Of a DNA stretch of 64,000 bases, positions 1-10,995 are shown one piece after another (position 1 is the stretch's first letter; each line of letters begins with the position of its first letter). The position numbers were made by a program, and so were the translations under genes. The DNA lies in the NCBI RefSeq assembly GCF_053078305.1, contig NZ_CP166879.1; one strand, written 5' to 3'. A model generated the notes under the pieces. That model was not told where the DNA came from. It was given only the letters and a program-made list of their open reading frames with translations, and ran no database searches.

Positions 1-509
1 CTGCGCTCCGACACTGCGTGGGTCGGTTGCTGCCTTTGTCCCGACAGCAGCTGTACCCACCACAGCGGCAGCCACGCACCCCTGTAACAATAAGGCTGAA
101 GTAAGGACAACAGCAGAATATAATAAACGCATATCTCCCCCGGAATTGTTTTGATTTTTACTTCATATTCCCGGAATTTATCGTACAAAAAGTTTACCTT
201 CAGTGAAACAAAACAAGCTACAGACTGTTATTATCCTCCGGCACAGCCGGAAACAGCGGATGCGTTACGTGGCATATCTGTATCTGTCAGACGGAAAGAT
301 TTATATCGGATATGGATGTACTGGAATTTAATATTGATCATGTTTTTTGCACGAAAACTTTGATACCGTCGTAAAGATTCTTTTTTTAACTATCTGGTTC
401 GCTGAACAGGATCTCCTTTTCGTTATACACAGGCTGAAAGGCACCGTGGAGCCCCCGGTGCCTTTTTCATAAAACAGAGAAAACACGTCTTTGAATATAC
501 CGTTTATGA

Positions 510-737
510 TTACCGTTCGCCCTTTTCTGACTCATCTTCAAGGATTTTCTGGATTTCTCTTTTGATCTCAAGTTTTTCAAGCTTCAGCCTGACCACTTTC
601 GTCGAATACGCTGAACCAAATTCATCTTCAATTCTTTTTATTTCGTGATCAAGTTTATTATGCTTTTCAAATAAAGAATCAAAGCGTTTATGATTTCCTT
701 TCAATGCTGAAATCAGTTCTCTGTACTCCGGGAACAT
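510..737 (-). CDS. YdcH-like DUF465 family small protein
   Basis: 75 aa; N-terminal MFPEYRELISALK and coiled-coil rich sequence closely resemble the YdcH/DUF465 family as I recall it. Confidence 0.65.
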   Translation of the reverse strand: MFPEYRELISALKGNHKRFDSLFEKHNKLDHEIKRIEDEFGSAYSTKVVRLKLEKLEIKREIQKILEDESEKGER

Positions 738-2250
738 TGTTTTTATCTCCTTTCATCAACACTGTAACAATACATATAAACATTAATATTATTAAAGATT
801 CTCACCATCAATATTCGCAGTGAATAATGCAGCATCTCATATTCACATCCTGCAGAGAAAACCCCTCCGGAGAGGGGTGAGTGTAGCGTAATGGAGTGTT
901 ATGTAGCATGGTGCCGGGTGCCTCCCGGTGAGTTCAGTATCAGCACCTGAACCCGCACAGATAAGGGATGTGACCAAACACCTACGATACTGATATGCCC
1001 CGCCGCTCAGGGGGATTCACCATGCAGTATTTTTTTAACAAATATCCCGTAAGACCGACAATAATCCACTGACTGAACTGTGAGGTATTTAACATTTACA
1101 GATGACTGACTGTGGTGATCAGAGGTATTACAGTCATCCCCCTGTGGCTGCAGTCCGACCATACCATAACCAGCCATACGTCTTACCCGGAAAGCAAATG
1201 GAGCTTTTTGCCATAAACAACACTCTCCGGCTTCAACAAATGGAGCAGAGAATATCTTCAGAAAGTAACAATCAGTTAAAAACAGATCTTTTTTGTATTC
1301 CGTAAATTTTTCAGAAGAGAAAAAGAATTAATTGTCGCCAACGCCTTCAACAGATCGCATCATCAACGAATGATAACAACCTGAAGGATACCGCGATGGA
1401 GTTGACTGTAGACCTGCTAAAAAACCTTAACAACATCAGACAAAATGCTACTATATATGTTCACGCATACCACTATACTGATGATGAAAAATGCGTTATG
1501 GTGCCACGGATATCTTTACCATCACTGAAATTAACTCCGTTGCAATCAGAAATAATTATTCTGACATCTTCTTAATGGAGTCAATTATATAAGGCACGAC
1601 GGGTATGTTCAGGGATATGAAGAAAAAAATGTGGCAACTTTCACAATACAGGAGGAGGGACACCATCGTTTCAAAGCAGACTTATCACAAAATGGGGAAA
1701 GTGATATAGCCAGCAATGTACTAAATCACTGGCTACATCGTATACATAAAACAGATATCATTGTTCTGTCTGTTGTTCTTACAGAATAAATCCTGTTACC
1801 TCCTGAATGTTACAAGGTTTTATATTTATCCTATGAGCATACGTACGTGAAAACTAATAAAAAAGGCACAACATGGCACATTTTTTACCGTGAAAATTCA
1901 GGCGCGGAAGTTTTGCTTGAAATACCATCATTTCGGGAATGTCTTTCAGTATCTAAAGAATTAATGACCCCATCAAATTACATGATATGCATAGAAAAAA
2001 ATGGCGAAAGAATAAAACGCCGGGACAGGGAAATCATCGCTGGCTCTAACAAATGGATTAACTGCCCACCTGATAACTTCGAAATATCAGGTGAGCTAAT
2101 AACCATTAACAGAATTATTAAAAAGTAACTCCGGATTCAGACAATGCATTAAGCAAGGCACTATAACAAGCAACGGGTTCATTTTTTGCGGGAGAATGCC
2201 TGTAAGATATCTCTGTGCCAGCACTACCCCTCTATTTTTATAAAACACCT

Positions 2251-2718
2251 TTAACAAACCTCGTCATTCTGATAAACAGAAGCATTCTCCTCATGATGTA
2301 ATTCACCACAGACAGCCCCTTTCCTGTTTAATTTTGCCTGATAGTGTAAATCTGGATATAACTTCACAATATATCGAAGAAACACGGAGTAAGATATATG
2401 ACTGAATAACGCCTCATGCACATTTTTCAGCAAACAACCGGAATTAACCATGAGAGCCATCTCAGAATGTTGTTTCTGCATAAATACAGCAACAGTACTG
2501 CGATTAAAAAGAGCATTTTCATGTAACTCACTTGCATCACGTCTCAGTGAAAATACAAAACCATTCTGTGAAAACGTCAGTTCCGGGTGTTTTTCCTTCA
2601 GTAATCTGTAAATATCTGGCAGTCTCATTCCATCCTTAATCCAGAGTGCAATGGCGTCACGCTCCTGGTTGATTAAGTTTTTTATCTTATTTTTTTCTGG
2701 TATAATCTTACCTTTCAT
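2251..2718 (-). CDS. hypothetical protein, divergent from mod
   Basis: ORF 2251..2751; internal ATG at 2718 has a GAGGGAGA Shine-Dalgarno 4-5 nt upstream; no recognisable family. Confidence 0.4.
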   Translation of the reverse strand: MKGKIIPEKNKIKNLINQERDAIALWIKDGMRLPDIYRLLKEKHPELTFSQNGFVFSLRRDASELHENALFNRSTVAVFMQKQHSEMALMVNSGCLLKNVHEALFSHISYSVFLRYIVKLYPDLHYQAKLNRKGAVCGELHHEENASVYQNDEVC

Positions 2719-2900
2719 ATTATCTCCCTCAGGAACAACAAAGAAGTTCACATATACAGAACCAGCTTTGTCTACATACCCGGAATTCAGTAAAGAAACA
2801 TAATCTATAAGACTTACTCACTTTAACAAAACAACATTCCTGGATAAAATAATATCCGATGAAATAATCTCCGCATAAATACATGAGGCTGCCATGACAC

Positions 2901-3005
2901 GCAACGCAACGCAACGCAACGCAACGCAACGCAACGCAACGCAACGCAACGCAACGCAACGCAACGCAACGCAACGCAACGCAACGCAACGCAACGCAAC
3001 GCAAC
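2901..3005. repeat. perfect pentanucleotide tract (GCAAC)x21
   Basis: 21 uninterrupted GCAAC units read directly at 2901-3005 (a degenerate unit precedes at 2896-2900); lies 64 bp upstream of the mod ATG. Confidence 0.95.
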
Positions 3006-3068
3006 AATATGCTCGCCTGAACTCTCTCCGTCAAGTACCTCTACCTCCGTGCTTTCTGGAGGTACTGT

Positions 3069-5105
3069 ATGAATATACGCAACAATCATCTACCGGGAAC
3101 AGAAACTCTTTTTTCTGAAACTGAAACTGCGAACAGTAAACAACTTGCTGTTTTGAAAACTAACTTTCCACAGTGTTTCGATAAAAACGGAGCTTTCATT
3201 CAGGAAAAGCTGCTTGAGATCATCAGAGCATCAAATGTTGAAATCTCTAAAGAGTCATACTGCTTAAACTGGCTTGGCAAATCCTATGCTCGCCTGCTGG
3301 CTAACCTACCACCAACGACATTGCTGTCAGAAGATAAAGACCATAACCGACGTGAAGAGAACAAGAACAGTCAAAATCTGTTAATCAAAGGGGATAACCT
3401 TGAGGTATTAAAGCATATGGTTAATGCTTATTCTGAAAAGGTTAAAATGATTTATATCGATCCGCCATATAACACGGGTTCTGATGGGTTCGCCTATAAT
3501 GATGATCGCAAATTTACACCAGAACAGCTTTCTGATCTGGCGGGTATCGATCTTGATGAGGCTAAACGTATACTTGAATTTACCACGAATGGTTCAAGCA
3601 GCCATAGCGCATGGTTAACGTTCATTTATCCTCGTTTATATATTGCTCGTGAGCTTCTACGTGAAGATGGTGTGATATTTATTTCGATTGACGAAAATGA
3701 ATTAAATCAACTTAAAACTATTTGTGATGAAATTTTTGGCGAAGCAAATTTCATAGAAAATATTGTATGGAATAAACGTATCCCTAAAAATGATAAGGGT
3801 ATTGGTAATATCCATGAGTACATCCTTGCTTATGCGAAGAATAACGAAATAAGTAAAGAATTTTTAATGCGGAAAGATGGTATTGATGATGTATATCAGT
3901 TTATTGAAAAGTTAAAAAAGGAAAAGGTGCCATTAGATAAAGCAGAGCAGCAACTCAAAAAATTCTACAGCTCCAACGGATATGATCGTGGAATTACTCT
4001 TTACAACGGTTTGAACGAGGATTATAGGCCATGGGGTAAAATTAATATGAGTTGGCCTAATGCAGATTCATTTGGACCCACGTATGAAGTATTGCACCCT
4101 TTGACTAATAACCCTGTCAAAATCCCAGACAGAGGCTGGCGTTGGAAAGAAGGCACTTTTAATCATATTGCAAAAAGAATAGATGGAAAGTATGCAGATA
4201 TCAAAAAACTACATGATGGTAGCGTTATTTGTGGTGGAATTTGGTTTGCCCGTACAGAAAAAACCCAACCCAGTTCGGTTAAATTTTTAGATGAAGTTGA
4301 AGAGTTTTTACTAAGATCAATTATTTCAACTAAAAGTGATGGTGGTGTTGAGGTTGAAAATCTTTTTGGTGGGAAAGGATATTTCTCCTACCCGAAGCCA
4401 ACAAGTTTAATAAAAACACTATTTGGTTCAGTAAGAACCGAAGATAAAGACATTTATCTTGACTTTTTTGCTGGCTCTGGAACTACAGCTCATGGTATTC
4501 TGGAGTTAAATATTGAAGACGGCAGGAAAAGAAACTTCATCTGTGTTCAATTAGATGAAGAAACAGATAAAAAGAAACAAGCCTATAAAGAAGGGTATAA
4601 ATCCATCTTCAATATAACAAAAGACAGAATTATTAAGGCAGGAAAAAAGCTGAAAAAAGATAATCCTAATTATAATGGAGATTTGGGATTTAAAATATTT
4701 GAAACAGTTCATGATTTTCGAGCGAAAGATGAGTCTGAACTTACGCTTTCTAATCTTAGTTTCTTTGACGATGCTGTATTGACACCAGAGCAGTATGACA
4801 CTCTATTGACGACATGGTGCGTGTATGATGGCAGCTTGCTAACAACACCAATTGAAGATATTGACCTTAATGGCTACAAAGCACACTTGTGCGATGGTCG
4901 GCTATATCTAATTGCGCCTAATTTCACAAGTGAGGCTTTGAAAGCTTTACTTCAAAAGCTGGATGCAGACAAAGACTTTGCCCCTAACAAAGTTGTATTT
5001 TATGGCAGCAACTTCGAAAGTGCGAAACAGATGGAACTCAATGAAGCACTAAAAAGTTATGCTAATAAAAAATCTATTGATTTAGATTTGGTGGTAAGGA
5101 ACTAA
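3069..5105 (+). CDS. mod: type III restriction-modification DNA methyltransferase (Mod), N6-adenine
   Basis: 678 aa; IYIDPPYNTG (DPPY catalytic motif) and FFAGSGTTAHG (AdoMet-binding FxGxG); GGAGG RBS 6 nt upstream of ATG 3069; res follows directly. Confidence 0.9.
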   Translation: MNIRNNHLPGTETLFSETETANSKQLAVLKTNFPQCFDKNGAFIQEKLLEIIRASNVEISKESYCLNWLGKSYARLLANLPPTTLLSEDKDHNRREENKNSQNLLIKGDNLEVLKHMVNAYSEKVKMIYIDPPYNTGSDGFAYNDDRKFTPEQLSDLAGIDLDEAKRILEFTTNGSSSHSAWLTFIYPRLYIARELLREDGVIFISIDENELNQLKTICDEIFGEANFIENIVWNKRIPKNDKGIGNIHEYILAYAKNNEISKEFLMRKDGIDDVYQFIEKLKKEKVPLDKAEQQLKKFYSSNGYDRGITLYNGLNEDYRPWGKINMSWPNADSFGPTYEVLHPLTNNPVKIPDRGWRWKEGTFNHIAKRIDGKYADIKKLHDGSVICGGIWFARTEKTQPSSVKFLDEVEEFLLRSIISTKSDGGVEVENLFGGKGYFSYPKPTSLIKTLFGSVRTEDKDIYLDFFAGSGTTAHGILELNIEDGRKRNFICVQLDEETDKKKQAYKEGYKSIFNITKDRIIKAGKKLKKDNPNYNGDLGFKIFETVHDFRAKDESELTLSNLSFFDDAVLTPEQYDTLLTTWCVYDGSLLTTPIEDIDLNGYKAHLCDGRLYLIAPNFTSEALKALLQKLDADKDFAPNKVVFYGSNFESAKQMELNEALKSYANKKSIDLDLVVRN

Positions 5106-5107
5106 TC

Positions 5108-8020
5108 ATGTCTAAAGGGTTCACATTCGAAAAAAATTTACCTCATCAAAAGGCTGGCGTTGATTCGGTAATGAATGTCTTTGTATCCGCCATACCTCAT
5201 CAGACGGATCATGTTGCAATTCGCCTGTTAGCTAATCCAGAACTGAATCTATCTGAACAACAATACTACAACAACATAAAAAATGTTCAGGAGTTCAATG
5301 GTATTGAGCACTCAAAAGATAATTACGATGCTAAAAGCAACGTAATTGATGTTTCTATGGAGACAGGTACAGGTAAAACTTATACTTACACCAAAACAAT
5401 TTTTGACCTGAACAAATCATTTGGTATTAACAAATTTATCATCATTGTTCCTACCCTATCGATCAAAGCCGGAACCGTTAACTTTTTAAAAAGCGATGCT
5501 ATAAAAGAACACTTTCGAGATGATTACGAGCGTGAACTAAAGACTTACGTTGTTGAAAGTCAGAAAAGTTCGGGTAAAAATACAAAATCGTATATGCCTC
5601 AAGCTATCCATGATTTTGTTGAAGCAAGTAATTTCAATAAGAAATATATACACATTCTTGTGATCAACTCAGGGATGATTAACTCTAAGTCTTTAACTGA
5701 CACTTATGATGTTGGCTTGCTTGATAATCAGTTTGATACCCCATTTTCTGCACTTAGTGCGATAAAACCATTCATTATCATTGATGAGCCTCATAAATTT
5801 CCTACTGGTAAAAAGACATGGGAACATATTCAAAAATTTAATGCCCAATATATCATCCGCTATGGCGCAACCTTTAGTGAAGGCTATAAGAACTTAGTTT
5901 ATCGTCTTACAGCCGTAGATGCCTTCAATGAAGATCTTGTTAAAGGTATTGATGCATACATTGAGGATATAGTTGGTGATGGTAATGCCAACCTCAAGTT
6001 GGTCAAATCTGACGGAAAAGAAGCTACATTTGAACTGAACGAAAATAATAATAAAAAAATTTTTAAGTTAGCCAAAGGTGAATCACTATCTAAGACGCAT
6101 AGTGCGATCCATGATTTAACTCTTGATGCTTTAAATAAGAATACAGCAGTGTTGAGTAATGGTATTGAGCTAAAAATTGGTAGTTCGATAAACCCCTATT
6201 CTTACGATCAGACACTTGCTGATAACATGATGCGTAAAGCTGTCAAAGAACACTTTAAGTTAGAAAAAGAGTATCTGACACAAAGGCCACGCATAAAACC
6301 TCTTACTCTTTTCTTCATTGATGACATTGAAGGCTATCGTGATGGTAATGATATTGCAGGAAGCCTGAAAACTAAGTTCGAAGAATACGTTTTGGCAGAA
6401 GCAAATGAACTGTTAAAAACAGAGAAAGATGAGTTTTACAGAAACTACCTTGAAAAAACTGTTAAGGATATATCTTCTGTTCATGGTGGTTATTTTTCAA
6501 AAGATAATAGTGATAAAGATGATAAAATTGAGCAGGAAATCAACGAAATCCTTCATGATAAAGAGCTTCTATTGTCTTTAGAAAATCCTCGCCGTTTCAT
6601 TTTCTCTAAATGGACGTTGCGTGAGGGATGGGATAACCCAAATGTCTTTCAGATTTGTAAGCTCCGTTCGAGCGGTAGCACCACATCTAAACTTCAGGAG
6701 GTAGGGCGTGGTTTACGTCTTCCAGTGAATGAATACATGTGCCGTGTGAAAAACCGCGATTTTACTCTCAACTATTATGTTGATTTTACGGAAAAAGATT
6801 TTGTTGATTCTCTTGTAAAAGAGGTTAATGATAGTTCTTTCAAAGAAACTGTTCCAGGTAAGTTTACTCAAGAACTTAAGGATAAAATCTTATCTCAGTA
6901 TCCTGAGCTTTCATCCAGAACACTCATGAATGAGATCTTTGATGCTGAAATTATTGATGATAATGAAAACTTCAAAGATTCCGATGCCTATAGCCGTTTA
7001 AAAGCAAAATATCCGGCTGCATTCCCTACCGGGGTGAAACCAACAAAAATAAAAAAAGCCACGGATGGAAAAAAGCGTACTAAAATGCGTATTGGTAAGT
7101 TCAGTGAGTTGAAAGAACTATGGGATTTGATCAATCAAAAAGTAGTAATTGAGTATAAAATAAATAGTGAAAATGAATTCTTATCCATTTTCAAATCATT
7201 CATGATTGAAGAAACAGATAGATTTACTAAATCAGGTGTTCATACTCGCATTGATAGAATTTATATTCATAATGATACGGCGATGTCGAAAAGTATCGTC
7301 AGTGACGATGATAACTTTGCTAAACTAAACACAATGAGCTATCGGGAATTTCTTGATAACTTATCACAAACTATTTTTGCTAAACACGATACCTTACATA
7401 AGGTTTTTTGTGATATAAAAGACACTATCAATATCACCGACTACCTGAACATTCAGACAATCAGAAAGATTAAATCTGGGTTTAGCAAGTATTTGTTGAA
7501 CAATTCATTTAACAAATTCAGCCTTGGATATAATGTAATTTCAGGCTCAATTCATCCTACAAAATTCACTAATGCAGACGGTAATCACCTGCATGAGGTA
7601 TTATCAGGTGATCTTGGAGTATTACAGGATAATACAAAAGCCCCCCTAGACTCTTATCTTTTTGAAGAAGTTTTTTATGATTCAGAGCTTGAAAGACTCA
7701 ATATAACAGACGGAGAGATCCACTCTGTTGCTGTTTTTACAAAGATACCGAAAAACTCAATTAAAATTCCAGTGGCAGGTGGATACACATATTCTCCTGA
7801 CTTTGCTTATGTTGTAAAAACAACAAAGGGTGACTACCTTAACTTTATTATTGAAACAAAAAATGTCGAAGGTAAAGAAAGTTTACGTAAAGAAGAACTG
7901 GATAAAATAAAGCATGCACAAAAACTTTTCGAACAGGTAAGTAAATCTGTAAAAGTAACTTTTATAACTCAATTCTCAGGTGACAGAATCCATGATCTGA
8001 TAAAAAATGTGATTCAGTAA
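5108..8020 (+). CDS. res: type III restriction enzyme Res subunit (SF2 helicase-nuclease)
   Basis: 970 aa; helicase motif I METGTGKTYT and motif II IIIDEPHKF; ATG 3 nt after the mod stop. Confidence 0.9.
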   Translation: MSKGFTFEKNLPHQKAGVDSVMNVFVSAIPHQTDHVAIRLLANPELNLSEQQYYNNIKNVQEFNGIEHSKDNYDAKSNVIDVSMETGTGKTYTYTKTIFDLNKSFGINKFIIIVPTLSIKAGTVNFLKSDAIKEHFRDDYERELKTYVVESQKSSGKNTKSYMPQAIHDFVEASNFNKKYIHILVINSGMINSKSLTDTYDVGLLDNQFDTPFSALSAIKPFIIIDEPHKFPTGKKTWEHIQKFNAQYIIRYGATFSEGYKNLVYRLTAVDAFNEDLVKGIDAYIEDIVGDGNANLKLVKSDGKEATFELNENNNKKIFKLAKGESLSKTHSAIHDLTLDALNKNTAVLSNGIELKIGSSINPYSYDQTLADNMMRKAVKEHFKLEKEYLTQRPRIKPLTLFFIDDIEGYRDGNDIAGSLKTKFEEYVLAEANELLKTEKDEFYRNYLEKTVKDISSVHGGYFSKDNSDKDDKIEQEINEILHDKELLLSLENPRRFIFSKWTLREGWDNPNVFQICKLRSSGSTTSKLQEVGRGLRLPVNEYMCRVKNRDFTLNYYVDFTEKDFVDSLVKEVNDSSFKETVPGKFTQELKDKILSQYPELSSRTLMNEIFDAEIIDDNENFKDSDAYSRLKAKYPAAFPTGVKPTKIKKATDGKKRTKMRIGKFSELKELWDLINQKVVIEYKINSENEFLSIFKSFMIEETDRFTKSGVHTRIDRIYIHNDTAMSKSIVSDDDNFAKLNTMSYREFLDNLSQTIFAKHDTLHKVFCDIKDTINITDYLNIQTIRKIKSGFSKYLLNNSFNKFSLGYNVISGSIHPTKFTNADGNHLHEVLSGDLGVLQDNTKAPLDSYLFEEVFYDSELERLNITDGEIHSVAVFTKIPKNSIKIPVAGGYTYSPDFAYVVKTTKGDYLNFIIETKNVEGKESLRKEELDKIKHAQKLFEQVSKSVKVTFITQFSGDRIHDLIKNVIQ

Positions 8021-8103
8021 ACACATGCATGATAACAAAGTGGAGGTGGTTTCACCCCCACTTTATAATTATACACACATCACAAAATTCGCAGGTGAGT
8101 TCA

Positions 8104-8802
8104 ATGACAACATGTTCTGAACTGAAGGAAAGAGCCCGTTTTGATGGTATGCATGATGCTTCTCTTGAAGTGGCATGGCAATTACTTATGACGAAAAGTG
8201 TATCCACTATTACTACTGAGATAATATCCGGTGCAGACATGTCCAATTTTTCAGTGATTATCAGGGAACGATATAAACATGCAATAGCAAAATCTCTTCT
8301 CAATCATTTATCTCCCGATGTTGTTTCTGACATCATCGGTTTATCTCATGATGAGTTCAATCAACAATATAAAGGCAATTTAACCAGACAACAACACCTG
8401 AGAGATATTGCTGTAAGTTTAACAGATAAAGGATTCACAGAATCATCTGCATGTAATATTGTCAACCTGGACCTAATGTTACTTCCTGAAGAAAACTGGT
8501 TACTTTATAAAGAAAATTACAATACAGGATATCAGGATGCACTTTATAAATCCGTATGGAGAATGCACACATACGAATATCCAACAGCAACCATCAGTTG
8601 TTTGACAAAATTAAATAATGAAAATATATTAAATATTATTACAGGTATAGAAGTAATACTCCTCGCAGCAAAAAAACCTGCATGTAAAGACAGAACAGAT
8701 AAAATTGCTGAAATGCTGAAAATACCATTCTCTGTCGTCAAAGAATTTATTGATGAACAGGCTTTATTGAACAAATCAAACATTCAGGGAACTGGCAGTT
8801 GA
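8104..8802 (+). CDS. hypothetical protein downstream of res
   Basis: ORF 8029..8802; in-frame ATG at 8104; no recognisable motifs; AT-rich like the R-M genes. Confidence 0.35.
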   Translation: MTTCSELKERARFDGMHDASLEVAWQLLMTKSVSTITTEIISGADMSNFSVIIRERYKHAIAKSLLNHLSPDVVSDIIGLSHDEFNQQYKGNLTRQQHLRDIAVSLTDKGFTESSACNIVNLDLMLLPEENWLLYKENYNTGYQDALYKSVWRMHTYEYPTATISCLTKLNNENILNIITGIEVILLAAKKPACKDRTDKIAEMLKIPFSVVKEFIDEQALLNKSNIQGTGS

Positions 8803-8848
8803 ACAAAACGCCAGTCCGAAGACTGGCGCAGTGATAAAACATTCTGCA

Positions 8849-9535
8849 TCATGCCACATTCTGCTCCTGAAGATGACGCAGACGATGGTCCCAGTTTCCC
8901 AGGTAATGCCCGGGCGTCAGCAGTACGCGGCGTCGCTCATTACAGAGCGAGTTACCAATCACCACTTCTCCGGCCACACCACACAACGACAGTTGTATAT
9001 ACGCCATGCCGGCTGCCAGCGGGTCAATATCCGTTGCCGACACCCACATCCTGCGATATGCCGGATACCCCGAACGGTTCAGGGTGTCAGCCATTGCCAG
9101 AATCATACTGCCGGCACCACAGGCAGGTTCACTGAGCGTGATAAAGGGTTTGTTCTCAAACAACGCCTTCACATCTCCCATCTGCATCTGTGCCATCATG
9201 CTGGCAACACTCCAGGGCGTGAAAAACTGACTCCGGTATTTATCCCCCAGTTCCAGTTGCATGAACACACTCCCCAGAAAATCACAGACTCCCTGCTCCA
9301 GTCCCTCAATGACATGAGCAAGCAAATGCGCAATGTGGATAACATCCTGCTTTTCATAACCACTGACGATCCGCAGATACTTCTGTTCCCGGGCCTCACT
9401 GAACTGAAGCCGGTTTTCCAAGGCAATCACACTACAGCTGACAAAGTCTTCAAACACCTTATGACGTTTGTGATAACAGGCTGTCCGGTTAAACAACGAA
9501 ATGAACTCCTTCTGATGGTCAGTCATGGTGGCCAT
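8849..9535 (-). CDS. N6-adenine methyltransferase-like protein (possible orphan or antirestriction methylase)
   Basis: 228 aa; SQFFTPW and EPACGAGS resemble amino-MTase motifs X and I; no clear NPPY/F catalytic motif seen. Confidence 0.45.
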   Translation of the reverse strand: MATMTDHQKEFISLFNRTACYHKRHKVFEDFVSCSVIALENRLQFSEAREQKYLRIVSGYEKQDVIHIAHLLAHVIEGLEQGVCDFLGSVFMQLELGDKYRSQFFTPWSVASMMAQMQMGDVKALFENKPFITLSEPACGAGSMILAMADTLNRSGYPAYRRMWVSATDIDPLAAGMAYIQLSLCGVAGEVVIGNSLCNERRRVLLTPGHYLGNWDHRLRHLQEQNVA

Positions 9536-9572
9536 GTTTTCTCCGTAAAAACAGGGAACACATGGCCCGGAC

Positions 9573-9590
9573 AGGGGAACAGGTGTTCCC
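9573..9590. promoter_or_regulatory. GC-rich palindrome GGGGAACAGGTGTTCCCC upstream of 8849..9535
   Basis: perfect 18-bp palindrome about 40 bp upstream of the gene start on the minus strand. Confidence 0.4.
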
Positions 9591-9646
9591 CTTCGGGTTG
9601 AAATGTTGATAAAACGGGCATCACGGACATGATACCCGGAGGTTAA

Positions 9647-10594
9647 TTACTGGGCTGAGACCAGAGGAACCGGTAAAGGTGCGGCTTTCGTCTGTTCTTC
9701 AGCGCACTCCTCCACCAGGTACAGTCGGGGCTGTGGAAGTGTTTCCCTGCCCGGCCATTCGGCCTGCAGATCACTGTCCGTATGCTCTCCGCCATCGTAA
9801 CAGTTGTAACCCTGTATACCGTGTACCGGCTCGCTGTACCAGTGTCGGACCTCGCAGTCAAACACCTTCGAGATCTCACCAACCAGTTCGCCTGAAGGCG
9901 GATACCAGGGCGTGTCGATCAGCAGCACCAGACTGCTCATCTCATCACGCGCATGGCGAACATTATTTCCTGACGGCCACTCCACACCGTATATCCGGCT
10001 GTAAAGGCTGGTCGTTGTGGAAATACCCTGCAGCAGTCCACCTGAACCATTCAGCTCTGTAGCCAGACGGGAGGGTATGACCATCAGCATGTCACAGGGC
10101 TGCGCCTGTTCCGGGTAATCCGACAACCAGCTCCAGCAGGCTTCTGCATCAATGTGTTCACTCAGCCCGGCCAGACCAAACCAGTCAGAATACTGACGGC
10201 TCATCAGCGTGGTGATGATCTCCCTGGCATTATCCGGCAGATTACCCCAGCGAACAGCGCCGATACATGACTGGTGATAAAGACGCTCAATGGTCTTTAT
10301 CGTTTCACCATCCAGAACGGCATTTTTTACCAGCAACCCCAGCCACTGCTCAAACGCCTGGTTAGCCGGAGATGACAACCCCGTTCCGTGACGAACCAGC
10401 GCCGGATATGGCGGATACTGCGTCGTCCGTGTGGGTTTTACCAGCCCTGCACAACCGGCCAGAAACAGCTGTATACTCTGCTGTATGGCATGACGGTAGC
10501 GCGGGGTCTCACGCCCTTCAATCCACTGTGTAAGTACATCAAGACAGACTGATTTACCGGTAATTTCAAAACGGTTTTTGCACCATTCAGACAT
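9647..10594 (-). CDS. hypothetical protein
   Basis: 315-aa ORF; no family recognised. Confidence 0.5.
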   Translation of the reverse strand: MSEWCKNRFEITGKSVCLDVLTQWIEGRETPRYRHAIQQSIQLFLAGCAGLVKPTRTTQYPPYPALVRHGTGLSSPANQAFEQWLGLLVKNAVLDGETIKTIERLYHQSCIGAVRWGNLPDNAREIITTLMSRQYSDWFGLAGLSEHIDAEACWSWLSDYPEQAQPCDMLMVIPSRLATELNGSGGLLQGISTTTSLYSRIYGVEWPSGNNVRHARDEMSSLVLLIDTPWYPPSGELVGEISKVFDCEVRHWYSEPVHGIQGYNCYDGGEHTDSDLQAEWPGRETLPQPRLYLVEECAEEQTKAAPLPVPLVSAQ

Positions 10595-10630
10595 TGTTTA
10601 CGCTCCTCTTTTTTATACAGATGTAAAAAG

Positions 10631-10668
10631 AGGGCATTGTCCCGTGAGGTACAATGCCCTCACGGGAA
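10631..10668. promoter_or_regulatory. palindromic element, family A (CCCGTGAGG-ACAATGCCCTCACGGG)
   Basis: complex inverted repeat about 40-70 bp upstream of start 10594; near-identical copy at 11468-11500. Confidence 0.45.
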
Positions 10669-10677
10669 AACGGGGTA

Positions 10678-10992
10678 TCACGCCCCGTTGTTGCGGATAA
10701 AACCCTGCAGCCAGGCAGTTCGCTCAGGGCCATACCGCCTGTTGACATTCATCAGTTCGTCTGCAGACGGATTGATGAAAAGGTTGTAGTACCAGAGCTC
10801 TTCCTTTAAATCCGCCAGGTTCCCCCTGCCGGTCCTGAGCCACTCCTGTACAACATCCCTGATTTCAGATGTGACATCTCCACGGTAATTTGACGTGATC
10901 GTAACATCTGCCAGTAATTCACTGATATTTCCTGCTATCAGACACGGTTCAGAGATCCCGTTACAGAACCAGACAAGGCATTTACCAGCCAT
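10678..10992 (-). CDS. hypothetical protein
   Basis: 104-aa ORF in a co-directional array; no family recognised. Confidence 0.4.
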   Translation of the reverse strand: MAGKCLVWFCNGISEPCLIAGNISELLADVTITSNYRGDVTSEIRDVVQEWLRTGRGNLADLKEELWYYNLFINPSADELMNVNRRYGPERTAWLQGFIRNNGA

Positions 10993-10995
10993 ACC

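Noticed and set aside
1-2128. Possible 3' end of a Cys/His-rich CDS at 1-90 and small ORFs 151..363, 1102..1305 and 1847..2128
   Set aside because: Too short or lacking RBS and recognisable domains; cannot be supported from sequence alone.
2729-3089. Minus-strand ORFs 2729..3034 and 2823..3089 encoding (RCVAL)n
   Set aside because: Pure translation artefacts of the (GCAAC)n tract; only the plus-strand ORF from ATG 2894 is kept, and only as a possible regulatory upstream ORF.
8831-10062. Plus-strand ORFs 8831..9601, 8851..9135, 9006..9230 and 9679..10062
   Set aside because: Antisense to better-supported minus-strand genes, His/Arg/Pro-rich and without RBS; treated as non-coding.
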